Below are positions 10,084 through 22,189 of a DNA stretch of 64,000 bases, piece after piece. The stretch comes from Cyanidioschyzon merolae (lineage: Eukaryota). The stretch lies in the NCBI GenBank assembly GCA_000091205.1, contig AP006499.2, one strand, 5' to 3'. Position numbers and translations under genes: made by a program. The notes under the pieces were generated by a model that saw only the letters and a list, made by a program, of their open reading frames with translations, was not told where the DNA came from and did not search any database. Position 1 is the stretch's first letter. Every line of letters starts with the position of its first letter.

Positions 10084-11078
10084 CAGGATTTTTGTCGATA
10101 CGCTGTCGTTGTACCAAGTCGTAGCGTCCACGACGCCTCGGGTAACTGCTCAACGGTCTGAGTGCGAAACGCAGCGACTTTTGCGCGCAAGGCGCTGCCA
10201 AAGAACCCAGTGCGAAGGTCGGGTTCGCCTTACGTAACCAATTAGCACGCTCACAACAGCGGTTCACAGTAAAACGCGTTCCGAAATAGAGTCCTCCGCG
10301 TTTCACGACTCGTCTGCGTTGGATGATGCGCTCAGTAGACGCTTGTTTACGAACTGCGTCTCATCATTGAGGTTACACGTTGGACAAGGAAAAGGTCGTC
10401 AGCGCGACGAAGTCAATGACCTCCTCAAAGTCTACCGGGTGTCTTGTTCTCTGGTGGACGCAAGTACGTCACACAACTTGACCAGTAAAGTACTGACCCT
10501 GGTACCGGTACCCGCGTCCAACGAACAGCGTAGTTGTTGTCGTCGTTGCCGCATTCGTACACAGCGGGCAGCGATCATCGACTGCAGATCGCGTCGCTTC
10601 GTGGCGAAGCCAGATGCCAAACGCTTGAAAAGCGGGCATTGTGTTTGCGTTTCAAGTGCCGATCTTGACAGTCTGGTGTCACTTGGGGAGCGTGGACTCG
10701 CTCGACTGTGCTCGATACAACAGCTGAACGCAGGAACCCTGCTGCCTGTGGAGACTGTGTGTGCGTCCACCACGAAACAGTCGGAGGCGTCCACTGCACC
10801 CGGGGGCACACCTGGAGCTCCCGGTGAATCGCTTCGTTCTTCTCGTTGCCAACGGTTTTACCGGTGATCTGGTTTCTACTGGGGCGTTCAGCGTAGTTTT
10901 CTGTAGAGCGTCGTGCTTCTCGGTGGTGCCTGGTGACGATTGCAGCGAGCTCGCGCCGGGGACGTTCCATAGTCTCTGGAGCGCACTGAGCGCCGCAGCC
11001 GACACGCTCCAGACCTGCTCCGGCAGTCCCGCAAAGATAACGTGCGACTTGTCGCCTTAAAATTTTCTCTGTGGCAAT

Positions 11079-12494
11079 ATGGTGCTACGATTCAAAGGAT
11101 TGCACCGCGGAGCAGCCCGGGTACCCGTGTTTCGATTTGCGCAGCTGGCGACTGGCTGCCGCTCTCCGCGGCCACCGCAGTGCCTGTCCAGCGCTGCTGG
11201 ACTTGCTGGGCTGCACCAGCGCTGCTTTCATACGACCGTCCTGTCGAGACAGCGCGGCACTCCGTTGCACCACGTGAGGCAGACTTTTCGCAACACCCCT
11301 GGGATGATGCATCCGCGGTGCCGCGCTCCGAGCGACAATACATACAGGCAGCGAGCCGCTTTCGCCACGCTATTCGAAACTCCGAAAAGACTTGTGCACG
11401 GGGATGTCAGCGCTACCCCAACACCCACGATAGCACCAGGGTCGATTCGTCTAGCGAGCGATCTCGAAAGGGATTCGAAGGTTCTTGTCTATAGATCACT
11501 GCATCGTTTCGAGCCGTCCTGTTTTGCTTCGGTATCCAGGGCGCTCTTGGATGCACCCTTTAGACCGGACGTTATCCACCGGGTGGTGCTCTACCAACGG
11601 GCCGCACAACGTCGAGGGACAGCGCATACCAAGACAAGAGCAGAAGTGTCCGGGTCTGGTCGAAAACCTTGGGCACAGAAAGGCACCGGAAGGGCCCGCG
11701 CGGGAAGTCTCCGTGCACCTCAGTTTCGGGGCGGAGGTGTTGCGCACGGCCCACGCGCTGATCGCATATGGGCTCAGAGACTACCCAAGAAGGTTCGCTG
11801 GCTCGGTTTGGCCTCTGCGCTTACACGACGTTTTCAAGAGGGACGTCTCTGGGTCCTGGAACGTTGGTGCAACGGGTCACCGCAAGAACATGCACCCACA
11901 AACATATGTCTGGATGTTTCGGATTCATCCGATACGCGTTCGAACGCGTCCACGGCTGCCGCTGACTCGACGGAGGATGCGCTAGCGGGGACTTCAACAA
12001 CGAGACATCTGCAGCCTTCGGTAGCTTTGGTACATGCCGACCAGCTGGAACTCTTTCTGCGTGAGAGAGGATGGCGCTCACTGCTCATCATTGGTGCTAG
12101 TCTCCGAGATCGCTCTTCCGTCGATGACGCAGACAACGCTCAAAGCGTCAATATCACAAATAGATCAATCAGCTTTGCGGATCTAGACCCTGGTACTGCT
12201 GAGGGTCTCTGGGACCTCTGCGGGCGACTGGGTCGCGATAGCCTCTCAGAATGGCACCAACTTGAACGAGCAGCGAGAAACCTGGATGCGAATGTTCTGT
12301 TGCGCACGTCACTATCCGTGGGCGTGTACGACCTTGTGCGTTACCCGCACATCCTCATCACCGTGAATGCCTTGCGCGAACTGGAGTTGCGAATACGGGG
12401 TCAGTCTCGAGTGCTTGTCCAGGCAATGCGACTGGGCTCCCTGCGGTACGCGCTTCAACCGAGTTTGCGACAGGGATCGGTTGGAAAACCTTAG
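11079..12494 (+). CDS. Mitochondrial ribosomal protein uL4 (bacterial-type L4) with long N-terminal presequence/extension
   Basis: uL4 signature GSGRKPWAQKGTGRARAGSLRAPQFRGGGVAHGPR. The ATG at 11079 is confirmed in sequence. The N-terminus is basic and Arg/Ser-rich, consistent with mitochondrial targeting. Confidence 0.75.
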   Translation: MVLRFKGLHRGAARVPVFRFAQLATGCRSPRPPQCLSSAAGLAGLHQRCFHTTVLSRQRGTPLHHVRQTFRNTPGMMHPRCRAPSDNTYRQRAAFATLFETPKRLVHGDVSATPTPTIAPGSIRLASDLERDSKVLVYRSLHRFEPSCFASVSRALLDAPFRPDVIHRVVLYQRAAQRRGTAHTKTRAEVSGSGRKPWAQKGTGRARAGSLRAPQFRGGGVAHGPRADRIWAQRLPKKVRWLGLASALTRRFQEGRLWVLERWCNGSPQEHAPTNICLDVSDSSDTRSNASTAAADSTEDALAGTSTTRHLQPSVALVHADQLELFLRERGWRSLLIIGASLRDRSSVDDADNAQSVNITNRSISFADLDPGTAEGLWDLCGRLGRDSLSEWHQLERAARNLDANVLLRTSLSVGVYDLVRYPHILITVNALRELELRIRGQSRVLVQAMRLGSLRYALQPSLRQGSVGKP

Positions 12495-13029
12495 ACGAAG
12501 GAAAAGCTATGGAAGAATTTGAGGTGTTCTCGGTGAAGCTGGTGCTTTCGGATGACCAATGCATGAGTGTGTGTGTGTTTGTTTTCGTAGAATGGTGCTC
12601 GTATGAGGGCAAGAGCAGCACCATGAACACGTTCCAGATGCAAGGCACGAACTCGGATCGCATGGACAATGCATCTGTATACTGCAGCATGATCATCTCG
12701 AAGTGGTAATCGAACGATGTTGACACGGTTGCAAACGCTAGAACGGCAACATCTCCTTTGCTTTTCTCGACGCACGTGCAGCGCCATGATGCCCATTGCG
12801 TATCTGACACCGCTTCCTCTGCTGCTTACTGTGCATCGTTTTCCGCACCATATGGACGACGCCGCTCGTAAGGCATTCGCGAGCGCCCGCGTAACTTGGA
12901 CGAGGGAATGCGTCCACCAAGCGCAAGCGCTCCCTACGACTCTGTTTAAATGCCGTTGCTTGGAATAACCGCACATGCCGACGAGGAATCGCGGCACTAG
13001 AGGCCCGTGTCGAAGCACGGTCTCGGTTT

Positions 13030-13985
13030 GCGTGCTCAATAGAAACGCAACAAACGTGCCTTTCTTTTTTTGTGCTGGCTTTCCAGAACGCGATCAGGTC
13101 TGTGCCGCTGTTCCCGGGAAAGCGCACATCCCATCTTTTCCTGGTATGAGAAACAGGAGTTTCGTGGTGATGCGAAACGCAACAAACGTGCCTTTCTTTT
13201 TTTGTGCTGGCTTTCCAGAACGCGATCAGGTCTGTGCCGCTGTTCCCGGGAAAGCACACATCCCATCTTTTCCTGGTATGAGAAACAAGAGTTTCGTGGT
13301 GATGCGAAACGCAACAAACGTGCCTTTCTTTTTTTGTGCTGGCTTTCCAGAACGCGATCAGGTCTGTGCCGCTGTTCCCGGGAAAGCACACATCCCATCT
13401 TTTCCTGGTATGAGAAACAGGAGTTTCGTGGTGATGCGAAACGCAACGAACATGCCTTTCTTTTTTTGTGCTGGCTTTCCAGAACGCGATCAGGTCTGTG
13501 CCGCTGTGCCCGGGAAAGCGCACATCCCATCGTTTCCTGGTATGAGAAACAGGAGTTTCGTGGTGATGCGAAACGCAACAAACATGCCTTTCTTTTTTCG
13601 CACTGGCTTTCCAGAACGCGATCAGGTCTGTGCCGCTGTTCCCGGGAAAGCACACATCCCATCGTTTCCTGGTATGAGAAACAGGAGTTTCGTGGTGATG
13701 CGAAACGCAACAAACATGCCTTTCTTTTTTTTGTGCTGGCTTTCCAGAACGCGATCAGGTCTGTGCAGCTGTTCCCGGGAAAGCGCACATCCCATCGTTT
13801 CCTGGTATGAGAAACAGGAGTTTCGTGGTGATGCGAAACGCAACAAACGTGCCTTTCTTTTTTCGCACTGGCTTTCCAGAACGCGATCAGGTCTGTGCCG
13901 CTGTTCCCGGGAAAGCACACATCCCATCTTTTCCTGGTATGAGAAACAGGAGTTTCGTGGTGATGCGAAACGCAACGGCCGCAAT
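13030..13985. repeat. 132-bp tandem satellite, ~7 copies
   Basis: Marker 'gaaacgcaacaaacgtgcctttc' recurs at 13042, 13174, 13306, 13438, 13570, 13702, 13835 and 13967, giving a period of 132 (=44 codons). Four overlapping long ORFs on both strands (12738-13655, 12975-14015, 13036-13920, 13070-13810) are periodicity artefacts. Confidence 0.9.
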
Positions 13986-15660
13986 ACGGCCTCTACCTCC
14001 ACCCGAACCAGATGAGAACGGGGTATTGCATTGCTCGCGCTGCTCCTGCCTTGAGATTTCTTACCGCCCGCTTCGTGGATATACAGCCTCTACATTTGCA
14101 ATCCATGACAAAGCACTTTCGTATACATATGGAGTTGTAGGAGTCTCGGTCATGTTTTCGGAGTGCTTGTGTCGATCCGTTGCCGCTCGGGATTCGTCGT
14201 GCCATCGGATTGGAGCGGATTCACGACGACCTCGAACACGACTTTGTAAAATCGTCGATGACGTCATCAGAGTCGGACGTGAAAAAATCCACGCTTTTCG
14301 ATTCCCTCAGTGCTCTATACGCAAACGACACACGCTTCAACTCGATCGTTCTGATTCAGGGCAATTCGTGGGCACGGCAATTCGTTCTGATGAATCGATG
14401 AGGAAAGAAAACTCGATGTCGTGCTTTGACGACTGGGTCACGAGCATATACCGAATGTTCATTGGGCTTCTCACGTCAATTCATCGATATCGTTCGAAAG
14501 AGAAATCCTCTTCTCTTTGTGGTCAACGATGAAGCGGCATTCTACAGCAGCAGCGTGAGACGTCTCAGAAGCTGCTCCCCGAGGCTTCCGTATCCTCTGT
14601 TTGCCTGGGTACGGGTCTTGGACGCAAACCAGAGTCACTACAGCGATCGATAGCTTTGGAGCGTGCGTCACCGCCTGGAACGACGAGCGTGCAGATGGGA
14701 CGAAATGTCTCGACTAGTTCCGCAACCTGGGTTTTCCATCGGCTGCCTGTTTCATCGATGAGCTAAATCGCTTTCTCCAATTCCGCAATCGAAACGAATC
14801 GCGCGCACTTGCATATGCAGCAGACAGCAAAGTCGCGGCGAGCATCGCTCAGAAGAAGCCCGTGATCTTCGGGTACAGCAGCGAGCGCGGAAACAGAACA
14901 GGGCATCCATCGGTGCCGTCAGCAACTTCCAAGGACGCGTGTGTCGAGCCGTGAAGCACGGGGTCACGCGCCTCAAGTCGGTGCTCGGAGAACAAAGTGT
15001 TGCGGGTGTGTATAGGAGCATCTGAGCGGCATCAAGCGTTACCGCTGCGAAGCGCGCTCAGAGACTCTAGACATAGATGATGAAATGAACAAGCGACATG
15101 CAGACTGCGACTTTTGCCTGTATATGTATCTTATCGTGAGCAACAACCGATAACTGCGAGCATGGGGCTTTCACGTTGCCATCAACGTCCTTCCACTGCT
15201 GGCAATGTAGCTGGAGGAACGGGAAAGACTTTCCTGTATTACGCCGGAGATAAAAGAACGGAAAGAAGCAAATCGACGAAAAACCGCGGAAAACCCTGTT
15301 CTAATTCCAGTCGCAGGAGACCCGAAACATAGTCCGTACGCCCAAGTTAGTCGACTTGACCCGTTCCATTTTATGCGAATATGGGTGTACACCAGCCTGA
15401 GCGCCCCAGAACAACAACAACAACAACGGCTTTTCTGCTGCGCCGATTTTCCAAAAGCATCCGGACTCTGTGGAACGATTTTTCGTGGAAACATGCGGAT
15501 ACCAGCATGAGCGAACATGCATGGACGTGCTGCTCACGGACTTGTACACACTGTGCTCGTCCTCGCTTCCCAGGATTCGCGTCACGATGCTTCCGCCTGT
15601 CACTGGCTGCGTAGTGCCCCACGTTACGCCCTGACGCTTACACGTCGCAGCTGCAGCAGG

Positions 15661-15692
<32 letters not shown>

Positions 15693-15693
15693 C
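15661..15693. repeat. (GAC)11 microsatellite at 3' end of LRR gene
   Basis: gacgacgacgacgacgacgacgacgacgac read directly. Confidence 0.9.
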
Positions 15694-18656
15694 TACGATA
15701 CGTAATGACCTCGCCTGAGCACGTTCAGAAGCGACGACCAATCGATGAAAACAGATGATCCAAATCGCTCACTACCGTCGACAGAGCGATTCCGCTCTGG
15801 TCTGGGTCCACACAGCTCCTGTTGCCGTCCAGCGGCGATACGGCGAAGGTAGGTGACTGCCCTGCCGTCCTGGAACGCTAAGAGCTGTTGGTAGTTCGCG
15901 TCAGCCTCGAGTCGTTTTGCGAATCCAGGATCTTGCTGCGCCAGCGTTTCAGCACATTCCAAACAACGGGCCAGATACGGCAGACTTGCCAAGTGAGTTC
16001 CCTGTTTCCGCCGCTCCCAGAGCTGCCCCGGCTCCGAAACTGCCTCTGATGGTTTTCGCTGCTGAAGCAGCTGACGCTGATACCACTCAAAATCAGCACA
16101 GACCCCGCGATAGATCGCTTCGAGGACAGAACACCGGGCCAACTCCGTGGACTCGGACGCCGCATGCGACCCAGAACTCGACACTTGCTGCGATGCTTCT
16201 GATTGCCCTGCTATCGCCTCGCCAAACCAAAGTTGACTGCAGAGTTGGCGCCCAGGCGTCGTATCTGCAGCGTTCGTGTGCTCGTTTGGCGACCACCGAG
16301 CCGCATCTGAAACTTGTTCGACGATCGATAGCAGCACCGCGTGGACACAGTTGGACCAAGGATGATCCAGAAACATCATCATGACGAGCGAAAGCGCGCT
16401 AGTGGACGCGAGGGCGCTATCGATAGCAGCTCGACGTGCTTGAACAAGCCGCTGCAAGACACAGAGGTACCTGTAGCGCGCCAGGGATACGGGTCGCTCA
16501 ATCCAGAGCCCTGCTTGATTCTCTCGTGGTGCCGGCTCCGGAAGCGCCCAGATGCCCCGCTCTAGCACGGTCAGGTTCGCAACCAGAACGCGCAGAAGGA
16601 GCGGAAGACCCTGACTGGAAACCTCCGGATCATAGGACTGCTCTGGAAGAGCGCACAGGGACGACGGTTCAAGAGATGTGGGCAGGTTCTCCATTGACGA
16701 CCCGGATACCAGGTTTGGGCCTCTCGCATCAGTGGTACGCATCGACTTGCCGACATCGTCGTCGTTGCCATCGTCAGGTGGACGCGACGGCGACCACGAC
16801 ATTGACCTATCGGCAACCGCTGCACCAGACGCCACGGGCGAGAACGGAGTCTCCAGCGCTAGTCCCGAGAAATGATTGGCATCCAGTCCCAGCAGGCGAT
16901 CCAATCCATGCAGGAGACTCTCCAGGTAGTCGTTCACTTCGGAACGCGCAGCGCCGTCGCGATCTGTGTCCTGGATTTGCTCCAGCGCCTCAAAGAGCTG
17001 GTAAAAGTCGTATCCATCAGCGTCATCAGGGGTATCTTCGTTGCCTCTTGGGGTGCAGGCAAGCATCGCTGCCTCGGTGGTGGTCTCGTTCCCGTCGCCC
17101 GATGCAGCAGCGTCGAGCACCAGTGCATCAAGCGTAGATGTCGGTTGCTTTTCGGTATCGGCTGCTGGGGTGCTTTGCGTTCGGTTGCTCAAAGCTGGGC
17201 GTTGCGGACTCGAGGCTGCGCTGCTGTCGCCAGTTGCAGCACGAGGCGACGACTGGTGTCGCCGACCGGGGTCCGCGGTCAGTCGGCACCTCTGTTCAGC
17301 GTCTCCGAGTATCGCGTTGTCACCTGCCTCCTCAACGGCCGCGTCCAGATGCGGAACATCCGTATAAATCGCCCAGGTGCCGTCACCGAGTGTCAGCACG
17401 AGTCGACTCTCCTCCAGGGACATTTTCAGACACGTTCGACCGGCTGCCGCAGAGGAGCGCTCTTCATGCCTCGCAGCATCATCGGTGCCTGCTCCATTTT
17501 CCAAACGTCGTGCTGTTTCCCAGAGCGCACGAATCGTGCTCTCCGGATAGATGTTGTGAATCTGGAGAATATGACGCGGAGTTGATGGCGCAGCAGCCGT
17601 GCTGCCGTGTCTGCGTGGCGCTGCCCCAGCAGCGGTGCTGGTGCCCAGGGCACTCGTGTCGCCGGGTGCACGGGTCAGCGTGTCTGCTCCAGCGCGTGCG
17701 TCAGTCGCCAGCGGCTTTTCAGCCAACGCAGTGAGGAGAAACACTGCGCTCTCCTCACTGAGCCCGCGAGAGCCATCGAGAACGCAGTGTGCCAGGACGC
17801 TGCAGGCCGGTGAGCGCAGCAGACGCAGGAGAGGCCTCGCTACCAAATGGCGAGACTCGTCGCCATCGCCCTTCTCCAGATTGTCGTACAAGTCGCATTC
17901 TGAAAAATCGAGAACCGTGAAGAGCCCATCCAGTTCCTGGGTAGGCAGCGGGGAACCGTCCGCTCCGAGAAGCGCCTCCACGAACGCTTCCAATGCGCTG
18001 GCGTTTAGCGGGTTTCGTCCCATGTCCAGAGCGATACCACCGAGTCGTCGCTTGCGAGCGGCCTCCCTGATAGCCATGCCCAACGTCTTCGCTTTGCGGT
18101 TCGATACACCGCAATGGGATACATCCAGAAACAGGAATGCGCCGTTCTCTGCGTTACGGATCTCGTTCAAGGCACTGAAAAAGACGTTTTCCGAGCGTTC
18201 TCGTTTCGAAAGCGGCGGCGGTCGCCATACCGTCTCCGCCGAGTCTGACGTTTTCGGAGGTGCAGCCAGGCCGGTGAGCGACTCGGTAGCCGTCGTTCCC
18301 GAGGCGTCTGCTGCAACAGCCGCGCTATCTTGTTTTCTCCAGAGCGGTTTCTTCCGGGCGCGCCCTCCGCGTCGCCTGCTGCGCCTCACGAAGCTCAACG
18401 CTTCTGCGGTAACATTCGCCTGCGAGTCGCTGGGTGCACCCAAAGTGTCGTGTCCAGCTTCAGCACCCGTACTCGAAGGTGACACAGCGACTACCGCACC
18501 GCTGCTGCTCGTGCCGCCCGGCGAGTGCACCGACAGCGTTGCCGCAAACAGCTCAGTGCTGCTTGCACCAAGCACTTGAGGTCCGTTCGAGTCCAAAACA
18601 CCTGAACACGGTGCGTTCGACTCGCGCGTCGCAGGATCCTCCCTCACCAGCACCAT
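15693..18656 (-). CDS. Hypothetical large protein with ribonuclease-inhibitor-type leucine-rich repeats and extensive low-complexity (Ser/Ala/Asp-rich) regions
   Basis: 987-aa ORF with the ATG at 18654-18656 confirmed. LRR_RI-like stretch ...LFLDVSHCGVSNRKAKTLGMAIREAARKRRLGGIALDMGRNPLNASALEAFVEAL...LDFSECDL. No confident family assignment. Confidence 0.45.
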   Translation of the reverse strand: MVLVREDPATRESNAPCSGVLDSNGPQVLGASSTELFAATLSVHSPGGTSSSGAVVAVSPSSTGAEAGHDTLGAPSDSQANVTAEALSFVRRSRRRGGRARKKPLWRKQDSAAVAADASGTTATESLTGLAAPPKTSDSAETVWRPPPLSKRERSENVFFSALNEIRNAENGAFLFLDVSHCGVSNRKAKTLGMAIREAARKRRLGGIALDMGRNPLNASALEAFVEALLGADGSPLPTQELDGLFTVLDFSECDLYDNLEKGDGDESRHLVARPLLRLLRSPACSVLAHCVLDGSRGLSEESAVFLLTALAEKPLATDARAGADTLTRAPGDTSALGTSTAAGAAPRRHGSTAAAPSTPRHILQIHNIYPESTIRALWETARRLENGAGTDDAARHEERSSAAAGRTCLKMSLEESRLVLTLGDGTWAIYTDVPHLDAAVEEAGDNAILGDAEQRCRLTADPGRRHQSSPRAATGDSSAASSPQRPALSNRTQSTPAADTEKQPTSTLDALVLDAAASGDGNETTTEAAMLACTPRGNEDTPDDADGYDFYQLFEALEQIQDTDRDGAARSEVNDYLESLLHGLDRLLGLDANHFSGLALETPFSPVASGAAVADRSMSWSPSRPPDDGNDDDVGKSMRTTDARGPNLVSGSSMENLPTSLEPSSLCALPEQSYDPEVSSQGLPLLLRVLVANLTVLERGIWALPEPAPRENQAGLWIERPVSLARYRYLCVLQRLVQARRAAIDSALASTSALSLVMMMFLDHPWSNCVHAVLLSIVEQVSDAARWSPNEHTNAADTTPGRQLCSQLWFGEAIAGQSEASQQVSSSGSHAASESTELARCSVLEAIYRGVCADFEWYQRQLLQQRKPSEAVSEPGQLWERRKQGTHLASLPYLARCLECAETLAQQDPGFAKRLEADANYQQLLAFQDGRAVTYLRRIAAGRQQELCGPRPERNRSVDGSERFGSSVFIDWSSLLNVLRRGHYVS

Positions 18657-18993
18657 GAGCCGGGGTCCATCCAGCGAAGCGTAGACGACTCGTTGATAGC
18701 GATAGCGAGCTGCTGGCTCACCACCTGCCCTAACCAGGTTCTACCCTGTAGCTGCGTCTGTTACTGCTGCTCCTGCGGCTGCTGTGCGAAGTAGTCGATC
18801 CATCGACGGCGATGCCGTGGCGCTGCCGCTGCCTCCCAGGGAGTGGCTTTGGTGTGTGTGGCAACAGCCGGGGCTGCGGTGTCGCTGCGCAAGGTGCTTG
18901 TGTCAACCGAATAGACTTGGTGTTTGTGTGCTTCAATCTGTACAAACACTCAAATCCTAGTACCTTCTCAAGTGGTACCGGCTCGGGGGTGCT

Positions 18994-20679
18994 ATGCTCG
19001 GCACCTCGGTGGCTCGCTTCAAAGGCGTCACGGAGCCGGTGTCGACGGCGACGCCTACCGCCGCTGAACTACGACTTACCCGGACGCTTGAAGAGTGCTT
19101 GCACGCGAACAACCTGTACCCTTCGCGGGAGGAGCAGCGTCAGCGCTTAAATGTTCTGGGGGCACTCAACGCGGTTGTCGTCGAGTGGGTTCGGCGGGTT
19201 GCGCTGGCGCAGCGCCTCAGTGAGGACGTCGTCGAGGAGCACGGGGCGCGCATCTTCACATTCGGCTCGTATCGTTTGGGTGTGAACGGCCCTGGGGCCG
19301 ATGTCGACACGCTTTGTGTCGTTCCGCGTTTTGTTGAGCGCAACCGCTACTTTTTCGGTTTACCGGACGAGCAGGGTAGTCGTGCGCCGACGCAAGTCGT
19401 GCTTGCCGACATGCTGCGCCAGGACGACCGCACCGAGGAGCTCGTTACCGTGGAATCCGCATACGTACCAGTGATAAAGATTCGGTTTATGGGTGTGGAT
19501 ATGGATCTGCTGTGTGCGCCTATCGCTTTGATGAAGATACCCAAGAACTTTAACATCTTGGATGATGCCGTGCTGCGGAATGTCGATGATGCGACGCAGC
19601 GTTCACTGAACGGCGTCCGGGTGACGGACTCTATTTTGGAACTGGTGCCCGATGTAGACACGTTTCGCACGACGCTTCGCTGTATCAAGTTTTGGGCAAA
19701 ACGTCGAGGGATCTACAGCAACGTGCTCGGGTACCTTGGTGGTGTCGCCTGGGCGATGCTGGTGGCACGTGTGTGCCAGCTGTACCCAAACGCGACCGCT
19801 GCTGTGGTATTGAGTGCTTTTTTTCGCCTCTATAGTCAGTGGCAATGGCCCAAGCCTGTGAAACTATGTCCAATCATTCGTCATCAACATGCTGGACTGC
19901 GCCAGCTTAAAGTCTGGGATCCGACTGACCCGCGCGACCGGCGGCACCTGATGCCGATCATCACGCCTGCTTATCCGTCCATGAACAGCACGTACAACGT
20001 GACGCATAGTACACTGCGTATTATGATGGAAGAGTTCGCCCGGGGTCAGCAGATATGCGCGGATGTACTTGCGGCTGCCGGGTCTGACGGTACGGGCGTC
20101 TCCCCGCGTGACTGGGAACGTCTGCTGGAGCCGTCCGATTTTTTCGCCCGTTATAAGCATTACTTACAGATAGAGATAACCGCTGGTAATATGGATGACT
20201 TGAAAAAGTGGCGCGGGCACGTGGAGTCGCGTCTGCGACTCTTGGTGCAGAGACTCGAAGTGCTGCCTCCGGTCTCGGTTCATCCCTGGCCTGAGGCCGA
20301 CGAGAGAGGCACTTCCGTTTTCTTCTATTTCGGTCTTCGCTTGGAAACCGATAAAATCGCTCGGGAAGAGGGCACGAAACGTGCTCGTATTGACCTGAAC
20401 TCTCCGGTGGAGTCCTGGCTATCGACTCCGGACCCGCGGGATACACGCAGTGTTCCGGTGCTGCACTGGCCGGAGCGCACACCGGACATGCTCGTGCACG
20501 TGACTCCGCTGAAGCGTGCACAGTTACCAGAATCTTTGCGCGTGCAGCGAAAACGTCCAGCTGAGACTGATCCCTCCGCTGCCGCTGCTCCTGCAGCGCT
20601 CCAAGTCGTGACGAAAAAGTCGCGCTCGACCCCGGACGGCGCTTCTGCGTCCCTGCTTCGTGCTCCAACGGAGACGTGA
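18994..20679 (+). CDS. Canonical nuclear poly(A) polymerase (PAP)
   Basis: [22 protein letters not shown] nucleotidyltransferase motif, close to the metazoan PAP [20 protein letters not shown]. PAP central domain and RNA-binding region follow. The ATG at 18994 is confirmed. Confidence 0.8.
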   Translation: [561 protein letters not shown]

Positions 20680-22189
20680 CAAGGTTGTTGCGAAACGCTC
20701 ACTGGCCGGGCGCTTCCTGTTCAGGCGGTTCAATGGTGAGCGGGGCAGTCGTCGCCAGGGCAGTGGCGATAGATTTCGAACCCCAATGCAAACGCATAGG
20801 GCGTGTATCTCAGTGAAATGCTATAGAAACCTGTATATTCCAAAGAAAAATCTGCGAAGCGTCGGAGTGATAAAGTGCATGCCGGGGACAAGCGCTGATC
20901 CGACGTACCCGTGGCATGCTCGGAATCGAGTCACGACTTGGTGATACCTTCCTGCGCACATCAGCGCACTTTTGCTTCACGGACGTACGCGAAGTACTGA
21001 TGAACGATGGAACAACATATGTTTCTACCGATTGCGCAGGAAAAATCGTAAACGATATATATATGGCGCTGCTATATTCATGGATTGCTGGACGGATCGT
21101 ACCAGTGCCTCGTTCGCGCGAGAATCGCATGACTTTACACCTCGCGACTGATTTTTACATCGCCAGACTTTCTGTTTTCAGCACCATGTCCATAAAGAGT
21201 ACTACACGAGTACCTCGCGAGCCCGCTCGACACAAGGCTGTTGGACGCTCCCGATGCACGAGACATTTCCGGATGTTGGTTGAGGCATACAGGTCTCCGT
21301 GCAGAATGCCTCTGCCTATGTTTGCCTGCGGAATCGCATCATTGCAAGACGCTCATTTTCGATTGCCTCGCCAGTTGGCGTTCGATCAGCTTACCGTTCA
21401 CCATCTCGTGCATGCGACTATTCACTACGCTCTTCTTCTGTGCACGGTTCAGCGTACAGCCATGCTTGTGCAGCTTGCGTATCGTCCTGAATATATCGAT
21501 GGAAATTGTCCGGCATGGATTGGTGCACTCTTTGGACGCTCTCGTTGAATGAGCAGGTGCGCATCCAGTTTGACAAGTGCTGTATTGGATGCACGGAACG
21601 TTCAGGATAAGCATGCGAAGAAGCGTGCTTCACTCATCGAAGGACTTTCGAATACCTGATTTGAACAAGTAAGGCCGTTTCATCCAATTACCATGAAACA
21701 TATCAGTTCCTTTCACCTCTTTTTCCAACCCACAAGATGCATTCCTTTTGTTGAACACATCCCAGATAAACACCCAAAAAAGTCCTAATGGTCTAGGCGT
21801 TCTAGAATTCACCACCCTAGTTATACCGACAATCACCATTTGCGTGTCCGTGCATCTTCGACGAGTCGCTCGCGGTATCGACCGCCCCATCCGCACCGCA
21901 GTTGCGCTGCAGCGTGCAACAGCGCATGCGATCCTGCATCAGCAGCTAGCCGCGAACCTGCATGGCACGCGGCATCCACGCCGCCGAGTCTCCAAAGCGT
22001 ACCAGGAACACGAAATCCCAATCCCGAAACCCGAACGGTCTGGTACGAAGAAAGCATCAATGCAGCTCCGCATGTCCATACCCATCGCACACATGAAGAA
22101 GCACACCAGGTACTGGAATGTAGCCTCTAGCAGAGCATCCCGGTATTGGGTGATCGTTCCCGCCCACGTTATCCCGGGATCTCGCTTCA

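Noticed and set aside
12738-14015. Four long overlapping ORFs (12738-13655-, 12975-14015+, 13036-13920-, 13070-13810+) as candidate genes
   Set aside because: They lie entirely within the 132-bp (44-codon) tandem satellite. Stop-free frames on both strands are a periodicity artefact. The peptides are low-complexity and mutually overlapping.
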